Assembly (NCBI GenBank): GCA_036244995.1
Contig: BTTF01000001.1
Location: 1-53,862, forward strand
DNA length: 53,862 nt
DNA from: a bacterium
GTDB taxonomy: Bacteria; Nitrospirota; Thermodesulfovibrionia; Thermodesulfovibrionales; JdFR-85
Direction: 5' to 3'
Shown in pieces: positions 7,896 through 17,624 of the stretch (position 1 is its first letter; each line of letters starts with the position of its first letter). A program made the translations under genes and the position numbers. The notes beneath the pieces were generated by a model. It worked only from the letters and a program-made list of their open reading frames with translations, was not told where the DNA came from and searched no databases.

Positions 7896-9428
7896 TCAGT
7901 ATACCCCTCTATCCAGAGTCCTGTACTGGATGGCTTCCGATATATGATGAGAACGTATCTCGCTGCTCTCATCGAGGTCCGCAATGCTGCGTGACACCTT
8001 CAGTATGCGCGAGTAAGCCCTTGCACTAAGGCCGAGTCTTTGCATGGCAGCCTCCAGTATGTCCTGTGCATCTTTTGTCACAACACAGTATTTCTTGATA
8101 TGCCTGGTCTTCATCTGTCCGTTACAGTATATCCTCTCCTCCCTGAATCGTTCCTGTTGAATCCCCCTTGCCTTGACAACCCTCTTCCTGATCTCTGCTG
8201 AACTCTCCTCCTTATGACTGGAGGCCAGATCTTTATAATGAACTGCCGGCACCTCTATATGGATGTCTATACGGTCAAGCAACGGACCCGACACCTTTGT
8301 CCTGTACCTGTGTATCTGCCCCGGTGTGCATGTACACTGGTGCTTTGCATCACCAATGTAACCGCAGGGACAGGGGTTCATGGCAGCAACCAGCATAAAC
8401 CCTGCAGGGTATGTAACAGAGGCAGCAGCCCTTGACACGGTCACCTCTGCATTCTCGAGAGGCTGCCGCAGGACCTCAAGTACATTTCTCTTGAATTCGG
8501 GCAGTTCGTCAAGGAAGAGGATACCGTTATGTGCGAGAGATACCTCGCCAGGCCTTGGAAATTGGCCGCCGCCTATAAGGGCCACGTCTGATATGGTATG
8601 GTGAGGAGACCTGAAAGGCCTGGTCGCAAGCAGGGAATGTCCTGAGCTAAGGGTGCCCGCAACACTATGAATCCTGGTAGCCCCAAGTGCCTCTTCAAAC
8701 GTCATCCCCGGAAGTATGGTCGGAAGGCGCTTTGCCAGCATGGTCTTTCCTGAACCGGGGGGCCCTATCATGAGAATGTTATGTCCTCCGGAAGCAGCAA
8801 CCTCAGTTGCCCTCTTTGCGTGCTCCTGCCCCCTGACCTCGGCAAAGTCCTCCTCATACTGCGAGGCTATATTTAAAACTTCTTCAAGGTCTGTCAAGTA
8901 TGGCTCTACAGAGATATCTCCCTTTAAAAACTCTATAACCTCAGTGACATTACTCATTCCATATGCAGGGAATCCATCTACCACTGCAGCCTCCGGTGCA
9001 TTCTCTTCCGGCAAGATAATCCCTTTAAGCCCCATATCCCTTGATTTTATGGCCATTGACAGGGCGCCCCTTACGGGTTTGAGCCTTCCGTCAAGAGATA
9101 GCTCTCCTGTCACCATGTAGCCTTTCAGCGATTCTGCAGCAAAAACTCCTTCAGAGGCAAGAACCCCGAGTGCAATGGAGAGATCAAAGGCGGACCCTTC
9201 CTTTTTCAGGTCCGCAGGCGCAAGATTCACGGTAATCTGTTTCAATGGAAAGACAAAACCCGTGTTCTTCAGTGCCGCCCTCACACGGTCCCTGCTCTCC
9301 TTGACCGCTGTATCAGGAAGTCCAACCAGGGAGAAATGAGGCAGCCCTTTTGAAGTAATATCCACTTCCACCTCAACAGGATGTGCCTCGATACCAATAA
9401 GAGTAGCGCTCAGGAGTCTGGAAAGCAT
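7896..9428 (-). CDS. comM: YifB/ComM-family Mg-chelatase-like AAA+ ATPase
   Basis: 510 aa. N-terminal Lon-protease-like domain ([22 protein letters not shown]), Walker A GPPGSGKT, and a CPCG zinc-ribbon-like motif. Overall collinear with ComM/YifB. Confidence 0.9.
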   Translation of the reverse strand: MLSRLLSATLIGIEAHPVEVEVDITSKGLPHFSLVGLPDTAVKESRDRVRAALKNTGFVFPLKQITVNLAPADLKKEGSAFDLSIALGVLASEGVFAAESLKGYMVTGELSLDGRLKPVRGALSMAIKSRDMGLKGIILPEENAPEAAVVDGFPAYGMSNVTEVIEFLKGDISVEPYLTDLEEVLNIASQYEEDFAEVRGQEHAKRATEVAASGGHNILMIGPPGSGKTMLAKRLPTILPGMTFEEALGATRIHSVAGTLSSGHSLLATRPFRSPHHTISDVALIGGGQFPRPGEVSLAHNGILFLDELPEFKRNVLEVLRQPLENAEVTVSRAAASVTYPAGFMLVAAMNPCPCGYIGDAKHQCTCTPGQIHRYRTKVSGPLLDRIDIHIEVPAVHYKDLASSHKEESSAEIRKRVVKARGIQQERFREERIYCNGQMKTRHIKKYCVVTKDAQDILEAAMQRLGLSARAYSRILKVSRSIADLDESSEIRSHHISEAIQYRTLDRGVY

Positions 9429-9548
9429 GTTTTTAATTATATGGAGAACGTGACATTATTTCAAGTCTTTGACGAAGCCCCCCCCTTTTTCATAATATAA
9501 AACTCTGATGTTTACTGCTATACTTTAAACGTCTCAAGCGGAGGGCTG

Positions 9549-10991
9549 GTGAAGATCAGGGTATTTAATCCCAAGGTGAAGAACAGAATAGGCGTTTTTT
9601 TGCTGTTAAGCTCTGATATCCTTACGCTGTCAGTGTTTTTCTATTTATCGGCCTTTATAAGAGACAACATCATTCCCCTCGTATTCCATGAAGTACCGGT
9701 GTTTGAATACGGGATAGGCATGTATTACTGGATTTTTCCGATATGGTTCTTCATCCTCGCATATGAAGGGGCATACTCAAAGAGGTTTGCCTTCTGGGAC
9801 GAGGCAAAGCTTCTCTCAAAGTGCACCCTTTTTGCCTCACTCACAATTTTTACCGTCCTTTTCATCGGAAAACAGGGAGCCACATTCTCAAGAATACTGC
9901 TTTTGACCATGTCCCTCCTGTCACTTCTGCTCTTCCCCGTCATAAGGACCAGAATAAAGAGACTCCTGTACTCTTTTGGACTAATGAAGAGAAAAGTACT
10001 GATACTGGGCACCGGTGAGGCAGGAAGACTCGCGCTTGCCGCACTCAGGAATGAACCCAATCTCGGCTATGACGTGGCCGGCTTTATTGATGAGGAGCCT
10101 AACGGCCAGAGAGACATAGACGGCGTAAAAATACACCGATACATAGACAAAATAGACAGGTACATAAAGATGGGCGTCATCCATGACATCGTGATAGCCA
10201 AGCCTGAACTCGACAAGCAAAGGCTTGTGAGGATTATAAACGCCATTCAGCACAAGGTGGAAAACACCCTCTACATCCCCGACATATCCGGTATCGCAGT
10301 GCTCGGCACGGAATTGAGGCATTTCTTTAATGAACAGACCTTTGTAATCGAAATAAAGAACAACCTTGCAAGACCGTTCAATTACATAGCAAAGAGGCTA
10401 TTTGATTATACCGCCGGTTTTATACTTTTCCTGCTCCTCATAATCCCGGTACTGATTATTTCCATACTCATAAGAATAACATCAAGAGGGCCGGCCATAT
10501 TCATGCAGCAACGGATAGGGAGAGGGGGAAGGCCTTTTATGTGTTATAAATTCAGAACGATGTATCAGGATGCAGAGGAACGATTGAAGGGTATCCTTGA
10601 AACTGACTCCGGAGCAAGGGCTGAGTGGGAGGAATACTGGAAACTCAGGAATGACCCGAGGGTAACAGGGCTTGGTGATTTTCTCAGAAAGACCTCTCTC
10701 GATGAACTCCCGCAGATATTCAATGTATTAAAGGGAGAGATGAGTCTTGTGGGACCAAGGCCTGTTGTTCAGGAAGAGATTGAAAAATACTATAAAGAGA
10801 AGGCCGAGTTCTACTATCGTGTGCCTCCCGGGATAACAGGACTATGGCAGGTAAGCGGCAGAAGCAACACTTCGTATGAATACCGCGTATCCCTTGACTC
10901 ATGGTATGTAAGAAACTGGAATCTCTGGCTGGATATTGTTATACTGATAAAAACAACCAGGGTTGTATTAAAAAAAGAAGGGGCGTCTTAG
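9549..10991 (+). CDS. Polyprenyl-phosphate glycosyl-phosphotransferase (WbaP/exopolysaccharide priming sugar transferase)
   Basis: 480 aa. N-terminal TM helices, a central Rossmann-like region, and a C-terminal bacterial sugar transferase domain (KRLFDY...PAIFMQQRIGRGGRPFMCYKFRTM...DELPQIFNVLKGEMSLVGPRP). Confidence 0.85.
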   Translation: MKIRVFNPKVKNRIGVFLLLSSDILTLSVFFYLSAFIRDNIIPLVFHEVPVFEYGIGMYYWIFPIWFFILAYEGAYSKRFAFWDEAKLLSKCTLFASLTIFTVLFIGKQGATFSRILLLTMSLLSLLLFPVIRTRIKRLLYSFGLMKRKVLILGTGEAGRLALAALRNEPNLGYDVAGFIDEEPNGQRDIDGVKIHRYIDKIDRYIKMGVIHDIVIAKPELDKQRLVRIINAIQHKVENTLYIPDISGIAVLGTELRHFFNEQTFVIEIKNNLARPFNYIAKRLFDYTAGFILFLLLIIPVLIISILIRITSRGPAIFMQQRIGRGGRPFMCYKFRTMYQDAEERLKGILETDSGARAEWEEYWKLRNDPRVTGLGDFLRKTSLDELPQIFNVLKGEMSLVGPRPVVQEEIEKYYKEKAEFYYRVPPGITGLWQVSGRSNTSYEYRVSLDSWYVRNWNLWLDIVILIKTTRVVLKKEGAS

Positions 10992-11054
10992 GTGTTATAG
11001 GTGTTGGGTATAATGTTTCTGAACACATAAAATGTGAAACCCGGGGAGGGCTGA

Positions 11055-11348
11055 ATGAAAGCAAATCTGATCGTCGTTATGTTTTTAGGTATTTTTCTTG
11101 TCTCTGGAGTAACCGCTGTCTCGGCGGATATACTGCAGAAGAAGGACATTAACAAGGCCACACTTGAAACCCTGACATCAGTCAAGGGAATCGGAGAAAA
11201 AAATGCATCAGTCATTTTAGGCTATCTGCAGGAACATGGGCCTGTAAAGGATATGGATGAACTGCTTAAGGTCAAGGGAATTGGAGAAAAGATTCTGGAA
11301 AAGATAAAGGAAGAGTTTGAGGTTAAGGATAAGGGCAGGACTCCCTGA
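11055..11348 (+). CDS. comEA: ComEA-family helix-hairpin-helix DNA-binding protein
   Basis: 97 aa. Signal/anchor sequence followed by two HhH motifs (LTSVKGIGEKNASVIL and LLKVKGIGEKILEKI). Confidence 0.8.
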   Translation: MKANLIVVMFLGIFLVSGVTAVSADILQKKDINKATLETLTSVKGIGEKNASVILGYLQEHGPVKDMDELLKVKGIGEKILEKIKEEFEVKDKGRTP

Positions 11349-11500
11349 ATCAGCCTCAGGGCAGTACGCACACGCCATTTTGTCCCCGTTCGGAAACTGC
11401 ACCAGGAGCCGCTTTGCAACAAGGTGTGTGTTTACAACTCCCAAACGTCAGCCAAAATGCCTCGGGAAAATTAGTTAGGATACTAACCCTTTCCCTGCCC

Positions 11501-12706
11501 TCATTGGGGCATAGGACAGCTCGGGAGTTCGGACTGTTCCTTTCTCACCGGTATATACCACAACAGACCATCCACAACCATGAGTATCCCCGCAACAATA
11601 AGGATGACATCAAATACCGACAATGAACTGAGCCCGAAATAGTGCAGCAGGCCGAGGCCGAGACTTGCAAAGGAAAAACCTGTCCGGATTAAGGCAAGCC
11701 CTGTCCTTGCCCGGGCATAGATGGTGCGGTAGCATGCAGCCATTGTCCGTTGTGCTCCAAGCACGCTCCTCTCCCGTGCAAGATGGGTGCGTTCCTTGCT
11801 GGATGGAGATGGGTAGAGAATTGTACAGTGGCTGGACAGCAAATCTGCAATACGGGCAAGCATGCTCTTCTTCATGGATATCTCAACATCAGTGGTTTCA
11901 ATAAGGTGATAGCCCTTTAGAAAGCCCATGGTTGCAGAGGTCATTCCCACAAGAGTTTGGCGTTCCGGGGGATTCATTTCAGATCTCCGTATCTTCAGGT
12001 ATCTTGATAGGCCAAAGAACCCGAGGAAAAATCCCGCAGCAATAATCGACCAGTAAAAGGGATATGTAATCGGCAGCTTGTGGGTTCGCATAAGGGTATT
12101 TGCTACGGCAATAAACCCGAGTCCCCACCTGAGGAAGGCAAGCCCGGTCCTTGCCGTTGCCATGTCGGTCCTGCAGCACGCCAGTCTCGTCCGCCACTGG
12201 GCCATGGTGGTGCGCCAGAAGGAAAGACCGGTCCTTTCGGTACCCCAGAGATAACCCGGCCTTGCATGAAGGAAGTCCTGGATAAACCACTGGATATCTT
12301 CTGCAAGGGCCACCCGGAATTCGTATTTCTCTGCCTTGATAAACCTCTTGGCCTCATCCAGTACCCCCGGATCTTCGGGATTGTTTGCCGCTATAATTAC
12401 CGTATCACCATCCATGATGACCGGAAACCACAGGCTTATGGAAAGCATGTCTCCATTAACCGCCGATAATAATCCGGGCGGTATGAGCATTCTCTCGTCA
12501 TACTCTATAGTGGGACATTGATAATACTCCGAAAGCGCCTTGAGCAAAACAAACCGCGGTACATCATACTCTCTGAGCAGAACTCTTTCAAGGTCGATGC
12601 TCCTTGCAACAGCCGTATGTTCTGCTTTACGGAGTTCCTCATCCGCCAGGATACCCCGTTCCACCAATATGAGAAATCTCTGCGATCCTGTGTTAGCGAG
12701 CATCAT
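11501..12706 (-). CDS. Membrane protein: T2SSE_N/MshEN-like N-domain fused to 2 DUF202 (YidH-like) modules
   Basis: The N-terminal ~150 aa (LVERGILADEELRKAE...YQCPTIEYDE...VIIAANNPED) resembles the GspE/PilB/MshE N-terminal domain. Two copies of RTxxAxxRTxxAxARTGLAxxRxG, each followed by two TM helices, follow it. The start is set at the ATGATG at 12706 (AGGTGG lies 9 nt upstream). Confidence 0.7.
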   Translation of the reverse strand: MMLANTGSQRFLILVERGILADEELRKAEHTAVARSIDLERVLLREYDVPRFVLLKALSEYYQCPTIEYDERMLIPPGLLSAVNGDMLSISLWFPVIMDGDTVIIAANNPEDPGVLDEAKRFIKAEKYEFRVALAEDIQWFIQDFLHARPGYLWGTERTGLSFWRTTMAQWRTRLACCRTDMATARTGLAFLRWGLGFIAVANTLMRTHKLPITYPFYWSIIAAGFFLGFFGLSRYLKIRRSEMNPPERQTLVGMTSATMGFLKGYHLIETTDVEISMKKSMLARIADLLSSHCTILYPSPSSKERTHLARERSVLGAQRTMAACYRTIYARARTGLALIRTGFSFASLGLGLLHYFGLSSLSVFDVILIVAGILMVVDGLLWYIPVRKEQSELPSCPMPQ

Positions 12707-14342
12707 GATTGAAACCCACCTTGTCCCAATAACGGGCCGGCCGGCCGTAATCAGGAATAATTGTTTCCATATCTCCAAGACAATAGGGGAATTGTCTCCT
12801 TATCTTTTCAGCCGGGATATTCCAGTAAAGTCCATCGACAATGACTACCAGCCCGATCACTATCAGTGCAATATTAAATATGGCCCATGCAATATTTGCA
12901 GTGCCGAAATAAACCAGAAGCCCCGTGCCCACCGCGCATATGCTTCTTCCAGTCCTGATAAATGCCATTCCCGTCCTTGATCGGGCCATAACCGTGCGGA
13001 GTCTTGCCATCATATTTCTTCTGTCTGCGAGCACTGTCCTTTCAAGGGCAAGTCCCGTGGTAGCCCATATGCCCGGCCAGCAGGAGGCCTTTACCTGGGA
13101 AAAACGCTTATGGAAATCGCCGGGACCTCCAATCACCCTGTGAACAGGAAGGGAAATGAAATCCCAGGCCTTCCGGCTCTTTTTTCTCCTCTTCACCGAT
13201 TCAAAACCCTCGACACCGGCACGGCGGCCAGGGAAATACCAGTAAAAGCCTTCCATGGCCATCATGATACCCGTCAGTATAAGGGCGGCATCAAATAACG
13301 TCCAGCGGCTGACGGGGAACTGCCTGAACAGCGCAATCCCAAGCCCGATAAAGACAATCCCCGTACGGGTAAAGGCAAGCCCTGTGCGCGCCCTTGCCAT
13401 CATCGTTCTGTAACATGCAAGGACCGTTCTTTCCTCAGCAAAATCCGTCCTGTCACTGGCAAGAAATCTGCGTCTCATCACAGGAGTAAGGTTATCCCAG
13501 TCAGCACGGAGTTTATCCGCTCCGTCAATGGTACCGGTACGCGTAAAAAAAGGGTTGTTGTCGGGGTTTTGAACCTCAAGCACCGTGGTCGCCCAGGTCG
13601 GAACTGTAGCAGTACAGTTTAAACGTTTCTTTCCGGCCTTCCGGGTCGGCAGGTAGCATCTGAATCCATTCACTGATAAAACAACCCCGGCTACTAAAAA
13701 TAATGCTTCGATTACGATTAAATACCCTGCACCGAAAATCCTGAGAAGCAGCAGGGCAATGGCTATAAAAGCTATCCCGGTGCGGAGGAAGGCAAGCCCT
13801 GTTCTGCCCTTTGCCATAGAGGTCCTGTAGCATGACATCAGGGAACGCCTGTCCGCAAGGAAAGTCCTGACCTTGGCAAGGGGGGTCCTGCCGCCCGAAA
13901 AAGGAAATCCCGGATTCACATCATTGTTGTTTTCAATAATCCTGACGAGGTCTGAAGGCAGGGCCACAATGAAATCGATTTTTTCCACGCCGAGGCTCTT
14001 TTTTATATCTTCAACTACCGCTGTGTCATCCGGCCTGTATGCAATCACTTCAGCCCTGTCCTGCATAACGGAAAGGGGAAACCAGAGAGCCTGCTTGAGC
14101 TTCTCCATGCCCATGCGTCTTGTGAGGAGGTAAGAAGCCATAACCTCCTCCTCATACTCTACAAAGGGATAACCGTAGAACCCGGAAAGACAGAACAGGA
14201 TCTCATGCTTTGGAATACCCCTGCTCATCAAAAGTTCTTCAGGGTATTTGCCTGAATCTTCCGATTCCTTTATGATCTCATCCAGATCTTCCCTGGTCAG
14301 TAATCCCCTGCTGACAAGTCTTTCAAATTTAGTATCCTGCAT
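12693..14342 (-). CDS. Membrane protein: T2SSE_N/MshEN-like N-domain fused to 3 DUF202 (YidH-like) modules; paralog of the downstream gene
   Basis: N-terminus LVSRGLLTREDLDEIIKESEDSG...GYPFVEYEEE...VIAYRPDD, then three DUF202 signatures (CYRTSMAKGRTGLAFLRTG, CYRTMMARARTGLAFTRTG, RLRTVMARSRTGMAFIRTG), each followed by a TM hairpin. Confidence 0.7.
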   Translation of the reverse strand: MQDTKFERLVSRGLLTREDLDEIIKESEDSGKYPEELLMSRGIPKHEILFCLSGFYGYPFVEYEEEVMASYLLTRRMGMEKLKQALWFPLSVMQDRAEVIAYRPDDTAVVEDIKKSLGVEKIDFIVALPSDLVRIIENNNDVNPGFPFSGGRTPLAKVRTFLADRRSLMSCYRTSMAKGRTGLAFLRTGIAFIAIALLLLRIFGAGYLIVIEALFLVAGVVLSVNGFRCYLPTRKAGKKRLNCTATVPTWATTVLEVQNPDNNPFFTRTGTIDGADKLRADWDNLTPVMRRRFLASDRTDFAEERTVLACYRTMMARARTGLAFTRTGIVFIGLGIALFRQFPVSRWTLFDAALILTGIMMAMEGFYWYFPGRRAGVEGFESVKRRKKSRKAWDFISLPVHRVIGGPGDFHKRFSQVKASCWPGIWATTGLALERTVLADRRNMMARLRTVMARSRTGMAFIRTGRSICAVGTGLLVYFGTANIAWAIFNIALIVIGLVVIVDGLYWNIPAEKIRRQFPYCLGDMETIIPDYGRPARYWDKVGFNHDAR

Positions 14343-14682
14343 AAACTCTTAGTATACTACAATATGGGACTTCAAGGAAATTCCGGGCTCACCCCCCCCT
14401 ATTACCCATTTCAGCTTAAGGCTGTTTTGGGTAACGGAGCCGACCTTGACAGGTCAGTCTGACCACATCTTGCACAGACGATTGTACCCCCCCACGCATC
14501 CTTTGCAAAAGCTTTACCGCGGGATCGTCAAAACACTCCTCATGCCATTCATACAGATGGGCACTGTATGCCTGTTTTCTTGTAAAAAGGGGTATAATAG
14601 TCAGCAGAAAGATATCCGGGTGCTGCCGGGATAAGCTTATCTTTATGCCGCTACCGGTTGACACACAGTCACACTTCCAAGA

Positions 14683-15849
14683 ATGAACATAATAGAAGAA
14701 TTTATAGAGAAAGAATCAACAAGTGGCATATTGCTGATACTTGCGACTGTTTTGGCATTAGTATTCAGTAATACCTCGTTATCAGTATGGTATGACTCCT
14801 TCCTGCATGTCCCTGTGGGAATACATGTCGGCACATTAAATCTGGAAAAATCTCTTTATCACTGGGTAAATGATGGTCTGATGGCGATTTTCTTTCTGTT
14901 AATCGGCCTGGAAGTAAAGAGGGAAATAGTAGAAGGTCATTTATCATCTTTAAGCCAGGTTGCACTACCTGGAATTGCAGCCGTTGGCGGAATGGCTGTT
15001 CCAGCGGTAATCTATTTAATATTCAACCAAAACCATCCAGTCGCGGTAAATGGATGGGCAATACCGACTGCGACTGATATTGCCTTTGCGTTAGGCGTTC
15101 TCTCCCTGTTAGGCAAGCGGGTTCCGGTTTCTCTTAAACTGTTTTTAATGACGTTGGCAATTATTGATGATTTGGGGGCAATTATAATTATTGCCATATT
15201 CTACACAAGCAAACTATCCATGTTATCCATCGCGGTTGCAGCAGTTTCTTTTGCAGTTTTAATCACTCTTAACAGATTTGGTATCTCAAAGAAAGCGGCT
15301 TATTTCATCGTTGGCAGTGTATTGTGGGTTAGTGTTCTTAAATCAGGGGTTCATGCAACATTGGCAGGCGTGATATTGGCGTTTACTATTCCACTGCACG
15401 CAAAGGGTGAGAATAATAAACCCGTATCACCTGCAAAAGAGATAGAACATGATCTTCATTTCTGGGTGGCGTTTCTCATTCTGCCTCTGTTTGCCTTTGT
15501 TAATGCAGGAGTGAACGTTACACAAATATCCTTTGGCCAAATGTTTGGTTCAGTCCCTCTGGGCATCATCCTTGGGTTATTTGTTGGTAAGCAACTTGGA
15601 GTTTTCGGTTTCAGCTGGCTTGCAATAAAGTACAAAAAAGCAGAGCTTCCAAAAGACAGCAACTGGCTCCAGTTCTATGGGGTATCAGTGTTAACGGGCA
15701 TCGGATTTACCATGAGCTTATTCATCAGCTCATTAGCATTTGAAGATGCACGCGTTTTTCAATATACAGATAAGCTGGCAATACTTATAGGGTCATTTCT
15801 CTCGGGAATTGTTGGGTTTTTAGTGCTGAGATCAGGTAAAAACGGATAA
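14683..15849 (+). CDS. nhaA: Na+/H+ antiporter NhaA
   Basis: 388 aa, collinear with NhaA. It has the conserved IPTATDIAFALGVL and LAIIDDLGAI (DD) motifs. Confidence 0.9.
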   Translation: MNIIEEFIEKESTSGILLILATVLALVFSNTSLSVWYDSFLHVPVGIHVGTLNLEKSLYHWVNDGLMAIFFLLIGLEVKREIVEGHLSSLSQVALPGIAAVGGMAVPAVIYLIFNQNHPVAVNGWAIPTATDIAFALGVLSLLGKRVPVSLKLFLMTLAIIDDLGAIIIIAIFYTSKLSMLSIAVAAVSFAVLITLNRFGISKKAAYFIVGSVLWVSVLKSGVHATLAGVILAFTIPLHAKGENNKPVSPAKEIEHDLHFWVAFLILPLFAFVNAGVNVTQISFGQMFGSVPLGIILGLFVGKQLGVFGFSWLAIKYKKAELPKDSNWLQFYGVSVLTGIGFTMSLFISSLAFEDARVFQYTDKLAILIGSFLSGIVGFLVLRSGKNG

Positions 15850-15860
15850 CTTAGAAACAA

Positions 15861-15886
15861 AACCTGCAACAAATGATTGTTGGGTT
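15861..15886. terminator. Hairpin between the convergent nhaA and nadB genes
   Basis: AACC(TG)CAACAA-ATGA-TTGTTGGGTT forms a 10-bp stem with a 2-nt bulge. There is no clear T-tract, so terminator function is uncertain. Confidence 0.35.
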
Positions 15887-15902
15887 GCATATTTCCGTAA
15901 CA

Positions 15903-17468
15903 TCACGCTAAAATTGATACAGAATTGCCCTCCCTGTCCATACGCCACTCTATATGGTAGTAACAGCCCTTTTTTTCAGGAAAGTCCGACCTGTAATGTG
16001 CCCCGAGACTGCAACGTCTAATAAAGGCTCCCTCTGTAACAAGTATAGCTGTCTGAAGCATGTTTTTGAGCTCGAGTTCCTCTCTTGTTCTGTATTGGTG
16101 TTTAAGAATCTGCACAAAGCAGGACAACTCCTTCCTTGCTGCGCCAAGGGACTCGGCACAACGGATTATCCCCACACGATCCCACATAACCCTCCGCAAC
16201 CGTGTCCTTATCTCCTCATAATCGTCAATCCTCCCATACTCTGAAAAGACAGTCGCTGATAACTCATCCGGATCAGCTATTTCCGGGATTGTTTCACCGG
16301 CAGTCTGGCCTGCCCTTGCACCAAAGACAAGCCCTTCGAGGAGGCTGTTGCTTGCAAGACGATTTGCCCCGTGAACCCCTGTGCAGGTAACCTCTCCTGC
16401 AGCGTAAAGCCCTGCAATGCTTGTACGTCCAAATGTATCGGTCTTGACCCCTCCCATCATGTAATGGGCTGCAGGTGATACAGGAATTCTATCCCTCGTT
16501 ATGTCTATATCGTACTGAAGGCAGGTCCTGTAAATCCTCGGGAACCTCTTCTTTACAAAGCGGGCATCAAGGTCTGTAAGGTCAAGGTAGACATACATGC
16601 TTTCTGTCCTGACCATCTCGGATATTATTGCCCTTGATACCACATCCCTTGGGGCAAGTTCAGCATCAAGGTGATACTTTTTCATAAAAGGCTCACCATA
16701 GATGTTCCTCAAAACACCACCCTCGCCCCTCATTGCCTCACTCAGGAGAAACTGGGGTGCAGCAGGTGCAAAAAGCACGGTGGGATGAAACTGGACAAAC
16801 TCCATATCCTCCATCACCGCCCCGGCCCTCAGGGCAATTGCCATTCCATCGGAAGTGGTCACCTGGGGATTGGTAGTCCTGGAAAATATCTGGCCTCCGC
16901 CCCCTGTTGCCAGCACTGTAGCACGGGCAAGGACCTGATGCATCCTGCCCTCCTTTAAGATGTAGGCCCCGCAACAGACGCCGTCCTTCATAACAAGGTC
17001 TACAGTCATCGCAAAAGGAAACTTCCTGACACACTTCAGGGAGACAACCTTGTTAATCAATACCCGCTCTATCTCTTTACCTGTTGAGTCACCCTGGGCA
17101 TGAAGCACCCTCCGCCTTGAGTGAGCAGCCTCAAGGGTAAAATCAAGCTTTGTCCCTGCCCGGTCAAACTCCGCCCCCCACTCAATCAGCTCAAGTATCC
17201 TTTGAGCACCCTCCTCAACCAGCACCTTCACTGCTTCCCCCCTGCAAAGACCATCACCAGCCTTCAGGGTATCTTCAAAATGAATTCCAACCTTGTCTTC
17301 ATCACTCATGGCAACAGCAACCCCGCCCTGGGCGTACTCTGTACTTGATTCCCTCAGGACATCCTTTGTCACCACAAGGACCTCCCCATGAGACGCAAGC
17401 TCAACAGCAGCCCTGAGTCCGGCCACGCCGCTTCCAATAATCAGAAAATCGGTTTTTTCTGTCTCCAT
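15903..17468 (-). CDS. nadB: L-aspartate oxidase
   Basis: 521 aa. FAD-binding N-terminus DFLIIGSGVAGL. The HAQGD, FHPT and HYMMGG motifs are typical of the NadB/fumarate reductase flavoprotein family. Confidence 0.9.
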   Translation of the reverse strand: METEKTDFLIIGSGVAGLRAAVELASHGEVLVVTKDVLRESSTEYAQGGVAVAMSDEDKVGIHFEDTLKAGDGLCRGEAVKVLVEEGAQRILELIEWGAEFDRAGTKLDFTLEAAHSRRRVLHAQGDSTGKEIERVLINKVVSLKCVRKFPFAMTVDLVMKDGVCCGAYILKEGRMHQVLARATVLATGGGGQIFSRTTNPQVTTSDGMAIALRAGAVMEDMEFVQFHPTVLFAPAAPQFLLSEAMRGEGGVLRNIYGEPFMKKYHLDAELAPRDVVSRAIISEMVRTESMYVYLDLTDLDARFVKKRFPRIYRTCLQYDIDITRDRIPVSPAAHYMMGGVKTDTFGRTSIAGLYAAGEVTCTGVHGANRLASNSLLEGLVFGARAGQTAGETIPEIADPDELSATVFSEYGRIDDYEEIRTRLRRVMWDRVGIIRCAESLGAARKELSCFVQILKHQYRTREELELKNMLQTAILVTEGAFIRRCSLGAHYRSDFPEKKGCYYHIEWRMDREGNSVSILA

Positions 17469-17510
17469 TATTAAAGTATCCTATATGTTGGATAACAAAA
17501 GCTCGATAAA

Positions 17511-17590
17511 CCACAGAGACACTGAGGCACAGAGAAATCTTTTTTTAAAACCACTTTAGTCTTTCACTCCGTGCCTCTGTGCCTCTGTGG
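17511..17590 (-). terminator. Long imperfect palindrome (24-nt arms) downstream of the TPP-enzyme gene
   Basis: The arms are CCACAGAGACACTGAGGCACAGAG (17511-17534) and CTCCGTGCCTCTGTGCCTCTGTGG (17567-17590). As RNA, 21 of 24 positions pair Watson-Crick, 2 pair as G-U and 1 is a mismatch. The loop is about 32 nt. Confidence 0.5.
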
Positions 17591-17624
17591 TCTATAATAA
17601 CCCCAATATACCAGGAAAACTCTG

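Noticed and set aside
11979-12469. Several 84-129-aa ORFs in alternative frames inside the DUF202 genes
   Set aside because: They overlap the strongly supported repeat-bearing reading frame. Their translations are Pro/Gly/Arg-rich, which is typical of off-frame translation of GC-richer coding DNA.
14416-14664. 82-aa minus-strand ORF upstream of nhaA
   Set aside because: There is no Shine-Dalgarno sequence and no domain I recognise, and it overlaps candidate promoter and hairpin elements. I could not support it as a gene. It might be a gene remnant, but I have no evidence for that.
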